Position numbers and translations under genes: made by a program
Source of the DNA: an uncultured delta proteobacterium
GTDB taxonomy: Bacteria; Desulfobacterota; Binatia; UBA9968
Reading direction: 5' to 3'
Length of the DNA: 64,000 nucleotides
Assembly (NCBI GenBank): GCA_963771465.1
Contig: CAVYTU010000015.1
Span: forward strand, 416,001 to 480,000
Part shown: positions 10,194-19,482 of the stretch, piece after piece
Numbering within the stretch: the stretch's first letter is position 1
Layout of the letters: every line of letters begins with the position of its first letter
The notes under the pieces: generated by a model
Database searches by the model: none
Told to the model about the DNA's origin: nothing
What the model saw: the letters and a program-made list of their open reading frames with translations, nothing else

Positions 10194-10268
10194 GTCAGCG
10201 GCCAGCGGTCTTGAATCCAGAGCCCGGCGCACCGTCCATAGTGGGCGGCGCTCAGGGCTCTTTATTTT
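10194..10268 (+). promoter_or_regulatory. Structured 5' leader: tandem degenerate repeats plus terminator-like hairpin (putative attenuator)
   Basis: Repeats AGCGGCC-AGCGGTC-TTGAATCC-AGAGCCC; stem AGAGCCC/GGGCTCT, GGCG/CGCT, CCGTCCA/TGGGCGG, followed by TTATTTT; lies between P2 and exbB. Confidence 0.68.
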
Positions 10269-10319
10269 ATGGAGGTTCAGAATGTCCGCAGAGTTCAAGA
10301 AAGGTTTGGTTCTATAGTC

Positions 10320-10928
10320 ATGACCCAGGTTGTTTCCATCATTATCAAAGGCGGGATCGTCATGATCCCGCTGCTCGCTTGCTCCTTGATCTCCCTGGCG
10401 CTCACCATCGAGCGCATCATGTTTTGGACCAAACTGAAGTCCAAAGAGGTGCTCAGTCAAATTCTAACACTAGTAGAAAACGGTGAATTCGAGCAGGCGC
10501 TAAAGTTAGGAAAATCATCCGGACAGCCCATCGCGCGAGTTTTGTCTGCCGGCATCGCCCACCGCAATCCCGCGCCGGCCAAGGCGATGGAAGCCGCCGC
10601 CCAGGCAGAGATCCCCGTGCTCAAAAGCCGCCTCGGCATTCTCGATACCATCGTTACGCTTGCCCCTCTGCTCGGATTGCTCGGCACGGTAGTAGGCATG
10701 ATCGGTTCCTTCGACGTGATGTCCGAAGCGGGCCTGGGGCAACCGCATGCCGTTACCGGCGGTGTTGCCGAAGCGCTCATCGCAACCGCCACCGGATTGC
10801 TGATCGCGATTCTGACCTTAATCGCCTACAACTTTTTCACGGCTCGGGCCGAACGGGAGATGGATCAAATGGAACACTTCAGCTCATCGCTGGAGCTGCT
10901 GCTGCAGGAACATGTGGGGAAACATTGA
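10320..10928 (+). CDS. exbB: MotA/TolQ/ExbB proton channel
   Basis: KGGIVMIPL, APLLGLLGTVVGMI and GGVAEALIATATGL motifs. Confidence 0.93.
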   Translation: MTQVVSIIIKGGIVMIPLLACSLISLALTIERIMFWTKLKSKEVLSQILTLVENGEFEQALKLGKSSGQPIARVLSAGIAHRNPAPAKAMEAAAQAEIPVLKSRLGILDTIVTLAPLLGLLGTVVGMIGSFDVMSEAGLGQPHAVTGGVAEALIATATGLLIAILTLIAYNFFTARAEREMDQMEHFSSSLELLLQEHVGKH

Positions 10929-11340
10929 TGCGCATCCAACGCCGCAGCTCGAAGAAGGCGCGCATCGAGATCATCCCGATGATCGACACGATTTTTTTCT
11001 TTGGTCTTTTTTATGATTTCGACTTTATCGATGTCTCAATTCAAAGGCGTGCCGGTTAATCTGCCCAAAGCGGCATCCGGCCAACAAGCCCCAGCCGAAA
11101 GCGCCGCGGTATCGATCACCAGAGAAGCGCAGATTTTTCTCGACAAACAGGCGGTCGATAAATCGGCATTGAACGATTTGCTGCGCCAAAAAATTGCCAA
11201 GAACCCCGATCTCCTAGTGGTCATCAACGCCGACGACGGCGTCGAGCACGGGCGCGTTGTTGAAATCATGGATGTCGCCCGCAGACGCCAACGTGGCCAA
11301 ACTTGCGATTGCCGTAAAGCCAAGGGAGCCAAAGCGATGA
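10928..11340 (+). CDS. exbD: ExbD (two apparent frameshifts, near 11000 and 11285)
   Basis: ARIEIIPMIDTIFF / LVFFMIST..VNLPKA..INADDGVEHGRVVEIMD / ANVAKLAIAVKP are spread over three frames; the first break is in a T-run. Confidence 0.87.
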
Positions 11341-12170
11341 ACCATCAGTGGCTCGTGTCGTCATTTACCGTCTCATCGTTGATTCACTTGAGCCTGATTC
11401 CACTGGCAGCGCTGATCATGCACACAAAGCCGCTCAAGCCGATCACAGTTCCCATCGAACTGGTTGACGTTCCTAACATCGAGCAACCCGAGAAAGTCGT
11501 GGTCGCGCCGCTGCCTTCGGCGCCAAATCCCCAGCGGAAAAATATTTCCGCGCCCAAATTACTATCCAAGCCGGTATTGGAAAAAAGTTTCGTAGCGCCG
11601 ACGGGCAACACTAAGGACGAAGTTAAACCAGAGAAACCGCGCGAAGAAACCCCGCAGCTTGCATCATTGCCGGACAAGGCCGGCGACAGCAACGCCGGCT
11701 GGAATGCCGGCAGTCGTGTCGCAGAGGCTGAAGGCAGCGCCGCCGGCGCAGGCAGTCTCTTCGGTAACGGCGATGTCGGGGTCGTTGGCGGCAGCGGCGT
11801 CGAAGGCGGTGGCGGCGGAAAAGGGTCAGCTGGATTGGGTAGAGGTATTAAAGGTGACGGCACCGGCGGAGGCGTTGGCGGCGGAGAAGCACTCTCGGGC
11901 ATGGCTCGGCCACTCGGTGGCTATCAAGTCAAGCCGCGCTATCCGGAGTCGGCCAAGCGAGCTGGTGCTCAAGGCGTAACAACGCTACGCGTGCGCGTGC
12001 TTGAGAACGGTCGGGTTGGCGATGTGCTTGTCGAACAGTCCGCCGGTTTTCGCGATCTTGATTTCGCCGCAGTGGATGCGGTCAAGAAGTGGCTCTTCGA
12101 ACCGGCGCGGCGCGGTAAGGACGCAGTGTCGGTCTGGGTGATGCTGCCGGTGAAGTTCGAGCTACACTAG
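11337..12170 (+). CDS. tonB: Energy transducer TonB
   Basis: TM anchor SSLIH, Pro/Lys then Gly-rich linker, C-terminal PRYPESAKR...SAGFRDLD...KWLFEPA; ATGA overlap with the exbD stop. Confidence 0.9.
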   Translation: MNHQWLVSSFTVSSLIHLSLIPLAALIMHTKPLKPITVPIELVDVPNIEQPEKVVVAPLPSAPNPQRKNISAPKLLSKPVLEKSFVAPTGNTKDEVKPEKPREETPQLASLPDKAGDSNAGWNAGSRVAEAEGSAAGAGSLFGNGDVGVVGGSGVEGGGGGKGSAGLGRGIKGDGTGGGVGGGEALSGMARPLGGYQVKPRYPESAKRAGAQGVTTLRVRVLENGRVGDVLVEQSAGFRDLDFAAVDAVKKWLFEPARRGKDAVSVWVMLPVKFELH

Positions 12171-12178
12171 GAAATCCA

Positions 12179-12370
12179 ATGGGACAAACGCTTGTGAATC
12201 ACACGGCTAAACGATCGACCACTGCGGCTGTAGCCGCATCCAACGGAAAAAAGCCGCGCATCGAAAGCAATCATCTTTTTCAAGGCGGTAGCGAGATCGT
12301 CATCGTGCACCAAAACGAGGAGTACAACTTGCGCATCACCAGAAACGGCAAACTAATCTTGACGAAATAA
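12179..12370 (+). CDS. hemP: Hemin uptake protein HemP/HmuP
   Basis: SNHLFQGGSEIVIVHQNEEYNLRITRNGKLILTK C-terminal signature. Confidence 0.93.
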   Translation: MGQTLVNHTAKRSTTAAVAASNGKKPRIESNHLFQGGSEIVIVHQNEEYNLRITRNGKLILTK

Positions 12371-12381
12371 TTTTAATCAAA

Positions 12382-12456
12382 CCAGCCAGCCAGCATATGA
12401 GCCGACTCATGCCAGCCAGCGAAAACATTAGCTCCCTTGGAGGAACGCATGAGTCG
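12382..12456 (+). promoter_or_regulatory. CCAG-repeat RNA element with alternative hairpins over the receptor's RBS and start codon
   Basis: CCAGCCAGCCAGC - ATGAG.CCGA.CTCAT - CCAGCCAGC; CGACTCATGC (12403-12412) is the exact reverse complement of GCATGAGTCG (12447-12456), which contains the ATG. Confidence 0.72.
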
Positions 12457-14596
12457 ACAACAGAAACGCGCGGATGAAAGAAAACGGCACAAGACAGCTT
12501 TGCAAAAAATCTGTCTTGCGGCGGGCGAAGGCGTCGGCCGGGCGGTAGCTTTTTCTTTCGCACTAGCCAGCAACGCTTTCGCCGCGGAGCCGAAGAAAGA
12601 AGAGACGTTCGACCTGCCGCCGGTGGTGGTGGAAGACCAGGGCAACTCCTACGTTGTGCCCGAATCCTCTCTATCCAAGTTCCCGGTACCGCTGAAAGAC
12701 ACCCCGCAATCGATCACTATCGTGCCGGAGAAACTCATCCAAGAACAAGCCGGCACAACATTACGCGATGCGCTGCGCAACGTGCCTGGAATTACCGCCA
12801 CAGCCGGCGAAGGCGGCGGTGCTCAAGGTGATGTTTTCATCCTGCGCGGGTTCAACGCACGCAACGATATGTTCATCGATGGCGTGCGTGATTCCGGCTC
12901 CTATTTTCGTGATTCTTTTAACTTCGATGCAGTCGAAGTATTAAAGGGACCTTCGTCGACTTTCTTTGGCCGCGGCTCTACCGGCGGCATTATCAACCAG
13001 GTCAGCAAAGGTCTCCGCCTCGACCCCAGTTACAACGGTATTTTCAGCGGCGGAGCCGGCCCGCTCTTCCGCGGCACTGTCGATGTCAACCAACCGCTCT
13101 CGCAAGTGCTGCCCAACGCCGCCCTCCGTATCAATCTCATGGCGCACGGTGATGATGTCGTGGGACGTGACAAGATCGAACTCAGAAGGCAGGGTTTTGC
13201 GCCGTCGATCGCCTTCGGTCTCGGAACGCCGACACAGATTACTTTGAGCTACCTGCTCCAACACGAAGACAATATTCCGGATTACGGTTTTCCTTACATA
13301 AATGGCGCGCCACTGCGCACCGATCGCGACACCTTTTATGGGTTGACCAAAGAGGATCATGAAAAGACGTTGGTAAACGTCGGTACGCTCCGGTTGGATC
13401 ACCGCTTCAATGACATATTCAACCTGCGGAACACGCTGCGGTACAGCCACGTTGACCGGGATTCGGCGGTAACTAACGCTACCGTCGTTCTTCCCAACAC
13501 GATTACCCGAAGCCGGCCTCAACGCGACACTCAGGAAAGCATTCTCAGCAACCAAACGGATCTAACCGCCAAGTTTGACACGTTTGGCTTCAAACATACT
13601 GCTACCACGGGCCTCGAAGTATCTCGCGAAACTTTCGATCTCGTACGCTGGGCGAGTACCGGACCTAATACAACCATAAACCATCCCAACAACAACGCAT
13701 TACCGAACCCGAAGGTGCTAGCTGCAGATTCCGACACGCGCGCTATCGGCTTTGGCTACTTTGCCGCGGATCAGATCAAGTTGAATCAATATTTTGACAT
13801 CGTCGGCGGCGTCCGCTGGGACTACTTCGATACCGACGTCAAGGATGACTTCCTTGATGACAGGCGAAAACAGGTCGACAAGGCGTGGAGTTATCGAGGC
13901 GGATTGGTTTTCCATCCTACGCCATCCCAAAGTTATTATTTCTCCTACGGCACTTCGTTCAACCCTTCCGCCGAAGGCATTGCGCTGAGCCCCGCCACCA
14001 ACGGCACGCCCCCGGAAAAGAATCGGATTTTTGAAGTCGGCGCAAAGATCGAATTCTTCGAAGGCGCGCTCAATCTTCAGAGTGCGGTATTCCGAATCGA
14101 TAAGACCAACGCACGCACGCCAAACCCGCTTGACGATACCTTGCCGAACGTAGTGACGGGTAAACAGCGTTCGCAGGGCTTCGAAATTGGCGCAACGGGC
14201 CGTGTGCTTCCCGGATTGAATGTATTCGGCGGATATACGTTCCTCGATACAGAAATTCTCAAAGATACCGTCACCGCTAATATTGGAAACGAAATCCAAA
14301 ACGTTCCCAAACACAGCGCGACCCTTTGGACCACCTACGACTTCCTCGAGAAATGGCAGGTCGGCGGTGGCCCGACATACGTCGGCAGTCGCTACTCGAA
14401 CAATGCCAACGCCAACCGAGTGCCTGGTTTCGTCCGTTGGGATTCGACGGTCGCCTATCAGATCACAAAAAATATTCAGCTGCGGGTCAACGCGATCAAT
14501 CTCACGAACCAGCTCTATTTCGATAGCATCTCTGGATCGAAAGCCGTGCCGGCTGCCGGGCGCACGATTCTCGGCAGCGCGAGTTTCAACTTCTAG
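12449..14596 (+). CDS. TonB-dependent siderophore receptor (Fiu/PiuA-like)
   Basis: SD GGAGG at 12439; TonB box [43 protein letters not shown], terminal Phe. Confidence 0.94.
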   Translation: MSRQQKRADERKRHKTALQKICLAAGEGVGRAVAFSFALASNAFAAEPKKEETFDLPPVVVEDQGNSYVVPESSLSKFPVPLKDTPQSITIVPEKLIQEQAGTTLRDALRNVPGITATAGEGGGAQGDVFILRGFNARNDMFIDGVRDSGSYFRDSFNFDAVEVLKGPSSTFFGRGSTGGIINQVSKGLRLDPSYNGIFSGGAGPLFRGTVDVNQPLSQVLPNAALRINLMAHGDDVVGRDKIELRRQGFAPSIAFGLGTPTQITLSYLLQHEDNIPDYGFPYINGAPLRTDRDTFYGLTKEDHEKTLVNVGTLRLDHRFNDIFNLRNTLRYSHVDRDSAVTNATVVLPNTITRSRPQRDTQESILSNQTDLTAKFDTFGFKHTATTGLEVSRETFDLVRWASTGPNTTINHPNNNALPNPKVLAADSDTRAIGFGYFAADQIKLNQYFDIVGGVRWDYFDTDVKDDFLDDRRKQVDKAWSYRGGLVFHPTPSQSYYFSYGTSFNPSAEGIALSPATNGTPPEKNRIFEVGAKIEFFEGALNLQSAVFRIDKTNARTPNPLDDTLPNVVTGKQRSQGFEIGATGRVLPGLNVFGGYTFLDTEILKDTVTANIGNEIQNVPKHSATLWTTYDFLEKWQVGGGPTYVGSRYSNNANANRVPGFVRWDSTVAYQITKNIQLRVNAINLTNQLYFDSISGSKAVPAAGRTILGSASFNF

Positions 14597-14610
14597 GGAT
14601 TTTTACAAGA

Positions 14611-15291
14611 ATGATCGTCCAGGTTCCCAATGTGCTTAACTCTGACCAGATCGCGCGCTGCCGCGAAGTGATGAATCGCGCGAGCTGGGTCGACGGCCGG
14701 GTCACCGCTGGGTATCAGTCGGCCGTGGTAAAGGACAATCGCCAGTTGTCGGAGAATAGTCCGGAGGCGCGGGAGCTCGGCGACATCGTTGTGGCGGCCC
14801 TCGAGCGCAGCCCACTGTTTATTACAGCGGCCTTGCCGCTGCGGGTCTTTCCGCCGCTGTTCAATCGCTATGAAGGCGGCGAAAAGTTCGGCGCGCATCT
14901 GGATAATTCGATTCGGCAGATCCCCGGCACGTCCTATCGCATTCGTACCGACATCTCGGCGACGCTGTTTCTCAGCGCGCCGGAAGACTACGACGGTGGC
15001 GAGTTGGTGATCGACGACGTTTACGGCGCCCACGCCGCAAAGCTTCCCGCCGGCGACATGGTCGTCTACCCGGCGAGCAGCCTGCACCATGTGAACCCGG
15101 TGACCCGCGGCGTACGCCTCGCATCGTTTTTCTGGGCACAGAGCATGGTGCGCGACGACGGTCAAAGAACATTGCTCTTCGATCTCGATATGGCGATCAA
15201 TAAGGTCAATCAGACGATACCTCATCACGGCGCCGTCGTGGAGCTGACGAACTGTTATCACAATTTGCTGCGGCGTTTTGCCGAGGTGTGA
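14611..15291 (+). CDS. piuC: PKHD-type Fe(II)/2-oxoglutarate dioxygenase (PiuC/YbiX)
   Basis: [35 protein letters not shown] and [12 protein letters not shown] motifs. Confidence 0.93.
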   Translation: MIVQVPNVLNSDQIARCREVMNRASWVDGRVTAGYQSAVVKDNRQLSENSPEARELGDIVVAALERSPLFITAALPLRVFPPLFNRYEGGEKFGAHLDNSIRQIPGTSYRIRTDISATLFLSAPEDYDGGELVIDDVYGAHAAKLPAGDMVVYPASSLHHVNPVTRGVRLASFFWAQSMVRDDGQRTLLFDLDMAINKVNQTIPHHGAVVELTNCYHNLLRRFAEV

Positions 15292-15823
15292 CCTGAATCT
15301 GCGATTGAAAATAATCTCGGTAGTTGGCCCCTTGCTGGTTGCCGGCTGCACCACCACCGCGCCGTTGGATCAATCGCCTTCGCGCGTTTCCGTCGCCTTC
15401 ATCGAACCGGAGAAGTTCACCGACGCGCGCCGCGCTGAATTGGAGCCGACTTCTTCGGGAGTTCTGCGCGAGCTGGAAAAATTTCTGATCGAGGCCGGCG
15501 CGCGCTACGTGCCCGAAAACATGCAACTGAACATCCGGATTACCAACGTCGATCTGGCCGGCGACTTCGAATTGTTTCGCGGTCCACAAGCGGAACAAGT
15601 GCGCATAAACAAAGGTCTCTACCCGCCACGCATCGCGCTTGAGTTCGAGGTCGTCGATAGCGCGATGAAGGTGATTAAAACCGGCAAACGCGACATCACC
15701 GACATCAATTACCAATTACGCAGCGTTTACCCGAGAGAAGACTACGTGAGATACGAAAAAGACATCTTGCGCGACTGGCTGCGCGCGGAATTTGGCGAGC
15801 TTAAGAGCCGCATCGCAGGTTAA
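15278..15823 (+). CDS. DUF3016-like lipoprotein
   Basis: Lipobox LVAGC; [19 protein letters not shown] and RYEK..LRDW motifs. Confidence 0.75.
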   Translation: MPRCDLNLRLKIISVVGPLLVAGCTTTAPLDQSPSRVSVAFIEPEKFTDARRAELEPTSSGVLRELEKFLIEAGARYVPENMQLNIRITNVDLAGDFELFRGPQAEQVRINKGLYPPRIALEFEVVDSAMKVIKTGKRDITDINYQLRSVYPREDYVRYEKDILRDWLRAEFGELKSRIAG

Positions 15824-15845
15824 ACCGAGACGGAGAATGCCGACC

Positions 15846-17674
15846 ATGAAACTGCTGCACAAAATAATCTTCTGGAGCCACCTGCTCGCCGGCGTGGTCG
15901 GCGGTTTGGTGATTTTCATCATGTCGTTCACCGGCGTAATCCTGATGTACGAAGCGCAGATCACGGAATTTATCGAGCGCGACACGCGGCGAGTGATTCC
16001 GTCCACCGACGGCAAGCGTTTGGGTTACGACGAGTTGATCGCTAAAGTGCGCGCCGCGAATCCTAAGGCGCGCCCGGCAATGATCATGGTGAAGGCCGAT
16101 CCAGCTGCCTCGGTGGCGGTCAATCTGGGCCGCGAGAATACTGTTTTCGTAAATCCCTACAACGGCGAGTTTTTGGGAGGTCAGTCAGCCACTTACAATT
16201 TCATGCGCGGCGTCGTCGATTGGCACCGCTGGCTTGGCACCGAAGGAGAAGGCCGCGCCACCGCTCGTGCGATTACCGGCGCATGCAATTTGGCGTTTTT
16301 CTGGCTCGCCGTTACCGGAGTCTACCTTTGGTGGCCGCGCAGCTGGCAATGGCGCGGATTGAAAATGAGCCTGCTGTTCAGCCCTCGCTTGCGCGGCAAA
16401 GCGCGCGACTGGAACTGGCACAACGTCATCGGATTTTGGTCTTCATCGGTGCTGGTCGTGCTCACGCTGACGGCCGCAGTCATGTCTTATCCGTGGGCAA
16501 ATGATTTGTTGTATACGCTTACGGGCAGCGAACCGCCGCGCCGGTCCGAAGGGCCCGGCGGGCTCTCGTTGCTCAGGAAGCGCGGGCACGCGATCAACGC
16601 GGCGAAGCGCGCGCGGCCGCCTCAGCCGCGAGCTTCGATGTTTTATTGACGCGCGCACAAGAGCAGGTCCCCGGTTGGGAGATGATCATGTTGCGCTTAC
16701 CACCGCGCGGCGATGGACCGGTCACCGTTTCGATCCAGGGGCCCGATGCCTTTCATCGTTTCGAGCGCTCACAACTCACGCTCAATCGCACCACCGGAGA
16801 CGTGGTGAAATGGGAACCCTATGCCAACAACAGCACAGGGCGAAAATTGCGCACTTGGGTGCGCGCGCTTCATACCGGCGAAGCGTTTGGATTTATCGGC
16901 CAGACCGTCGCCGGACTCGCTTCTCTCGGCGGTTGTTTTCTCGTCTGGACCGGGTTGGCCATGGCCTGGCGCCGCTTTCGTTCTTGGCGCCGCACACCGA
17001 AAGAATTTACTGTTGAGGAGTCAGTGATGAATGCAAATACCGATCAAATCAATTTTCCCAATCCACATCAGCCCGAGACCGAAAGCGTTGATGGCGGACT
17101 CGCATACTCATTGAGCGAAGCCCAAACCGTCGCGCCCAACGGTGCCAACGGTCACGCCCGCGCGGTGCAGGATCTCGCGCGCGAGCGAGCGACGGCGCCG
17201 TTCAACGGCGAGTCGGTGTTGATTCTTTACGGCACCGTCACCGGCAACTCCGAGGCGCTCGCCAAGAAATTGGCCAACGCACTGCGCCCGACCGGACTCA
17301 CTGCACGTGTTAGCGATATGGCTCACTGTCAACCGGACGTACTCAAGCAAGCGAACTGCGTCCTGGTCGTGGCGAGCACCTACGGCGACGGCGAACCGCC
17401 CGACGACGCAGCGCCGTTTTGGCAAGCCATCGTGCAAGGCAACGGCCTAGATTTGACCGGCGTAAAATATTCCGTACTGGCACTCGGCAACACCACCTAT
17501 GATCACTTCTGCAAGTGCGGCCGTGACTTCGATGCCGCCCTTGAGCGCCACGGCGCCATCCGAATCTATCCGCGCGTCGATTGCGACGTGGATTACGATG
17601 ACCAAGCCGGACGCTGGATCGAGGGCGTGCTCGCCACGTTGCGGCAGGAGCAGAACCATTCCGCATCGGCGTAA
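15846..17674 (+). CDS. PepSY-associated TM-helix protein (PiuB-like) with C-terminal flavodoxin domain; frameshift(s) near 16560-16650
   Basis: FWSHLLAG, SFTG, WHRWL, TGVYLWWP, WHNVIG in the first frame; LHTGE, WTG, then YGTVTGNSE, STYGDGEPPD, ALGNTTYDHFC in the second. Confidence 0.85.
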
Positions 17675-17687
17675 AAGGAGAACTACA

Positions 17688-18363
17688 ATGGTGCAATTGA
17701 TTGTCATCGCGGTTTTACTCATGGCGTTGAGCGAAACCGCTCACGCGCATTTTCTCTGGCTCGAACGCGACGGCAACGGCCCGGCGCGCGCCTATTTCGG
17801 CGAATGGATCGACGACATCCGCGAAAAAACCGGCGGCCTGCTCGACCGCTTCAAAGCGCCGCGCGTGTTTCTCGGCACAAGCAACGAACCGCTGCAGGTA
17901 AAGCGAAACGAAAATAATCTCGAAGATCAACAGCAAAAGGCCGCGGCGACGTGCGCTTCGTGGAAAGTGGCATTCCGCCGCGCGAAGACAAAGAAAAAGG
18001 CGGCGCAACGAAAACGATTATTATGCCAAAGCCGGGCGATCGGAAACCGCCGCGAGGCTCGATTTAGAGCTGGTGCCGACGGCAGCGAACAGCAATACTA
18101 TTGTTCTAGTTTTTCTCGGCGCGCCTCTGCCAAAGGCCGAGATCACGATCATCGGCCCTTCCAAATGGGAAAAACCTTTAGTCACCGACGAGCAAGGGCG
18201 GGTGACTATGCCGACGCCCTGGGCCGGACGGTATGTATTGGAAGTCACTCACTTCCACGAGAAGCCCGGCGGCAGCGGCGAGGAAAAGTTCAATCGCACG
18301 CGTCACATCTCGTCGCTGTCGTTCGTGCAACAAAGCGGCATTCGTTGGACCGACAAACGCTGA
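17688..18363 (+). CDS. Secreted DUF4198-like protein (frameshifted)
   Basis: SD AGGAG; signal peptide AHA-HFLWLE, YFGEW; C-terminal LELVP...TDEQGRV..PWAGRYVLEVTH in another frame. Confidence 0.75.
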
Positions 18364-18541
18364 CTATTTTGATCGATAGGTGAGCGATGAATACCCTTGT
18401 CAACATCCAAGCGAATCTCAATCTCGATGCCGACGGCAAGATCGTCGCGCGCGAGGTGGGCGTAATTGCCACCGTGAAAGTCAAAGCGCCGGCAAGCGAA
18501 GCAAAGCCGTGATCGCGCCAACAATGCTCCGATGAAATCGG

Positions 18542-18892
18542 ATCACGCCATTCTACGCGTCTCTTATCCTCGAAATTAAATGGGCCTTGTGGCCACGCTG
18601 AGCATCGCCGGCGTCGTCTTCTGGTGGAAAAACACGGACGATGAGAACGAGAGGAAGCGCGCTGCGTGAGGATTGTGGCGTGAGCCACGAGGATTGAGGA
18701 TTAAGACGCGAGGAAGGAATTCTGACGCTTCGTCTTCCTCATTCGTCATGGCCGGACTTGATCCGGCCATCCATCCTCGGAATAAATCCGAGGACAGACT
18801 CTTGTGCTATCAGTTATGCGCGGAATCGTTCCGCTTATCCACGCTATTCATAACCCGTGGATGCCCAGATCCCGGGATCAAATCCTGGGAAG
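18542..18892. repeat. Cluster of palindromes / REP-like elements between convergent genes
   Basis: GTCATGGCCGGACTTGATCCGGCCATCCA (18745-18773), TCCTCGGA-ATAAA-TCCGAGGA (18774-18794), TCCCGGGATCAAATCCTGGGA (18870-18890) and GAGGATT heptamers (18668-18702). Confidence 0.7.
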
Positions 18893-18930
18893 CGCGGGAA
18901 TGGTGGAAGAGAAAGTAAGAATTAGCGTAG

Positions 18931-19408
18931 CTAACTTTTCTTAAAAATCTGCTGCGCCAGGTAGTTCTCGTAGCCGACTTCTTTAATCTGGTGTTCTGGG
19001 TTTCAATCCAGTCGATGTGGCGCTCTTCGTCGACCACAATGTGTTCGAGCAGCTCCCGGGTCGCGTCGTCGTGAGCGTCGAGGCAGGCTTTTATTCCCGG
19101 CTTGAGAACCGTCAAAGCCGCTTGTTCAAGTCCCAGATCGTTATCCAATTGCTGCTTGACGGTCGACCCGACGGAGATTTTGTCGTAAGCTGAGAGATTG
19201 GGCACGCCCTCTAGAAAAAGAATCCGTTCAATGAGTTGATCAGCATGTTTCATTTCGTCAATCGATTCATTCCAGGCGTGCTCCGCGAGCACAGTGTAGC
19301 CCCAGTTTTTGCACATCTTGGAGTGAATGAAGTATTGATTGATGCCGGTGAGCTCTTTGCGCAGCACTTCGTTCAAGACTTTGATAATTTCAGGTGCTTA
19401 CCCTTCAT
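18931..19408 (-). CDS. bfr: Bacterioferritin (frameshifts near both ends)
   Basis: MKG start with AGGAG SD; ELTGINQYFIH, ESIDEMKHA, ERILFLEG, DEERHIDW; the true C-terminus IKEVGYENYLAQQI is in a shifted frame. Confidence 0.93.
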
Positions 19409-19482
19409 GATAATACTCCTTAACGAGCTTTTTGCGCGTGGTCAACTTTACTCGGTGAGCATACGACCGTTAGATCGACTGG

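Noticed and set aside
11690-11900. Gly-rich GGC repeats in tonB as a separate repeat element
   Set aside because: This is a low-complexity coding linker, common in TonB proteins.
11001-12170. Apparent ExbD-TonB fusion (389-aa ORF)
   Set aside because: The real ExbD C-terminus (ANVAKLAIAVKPREPKR*) is in the +1 frame and ends in an ATGA overlap with the tonB start; the fusion arises from an indel near 11285.
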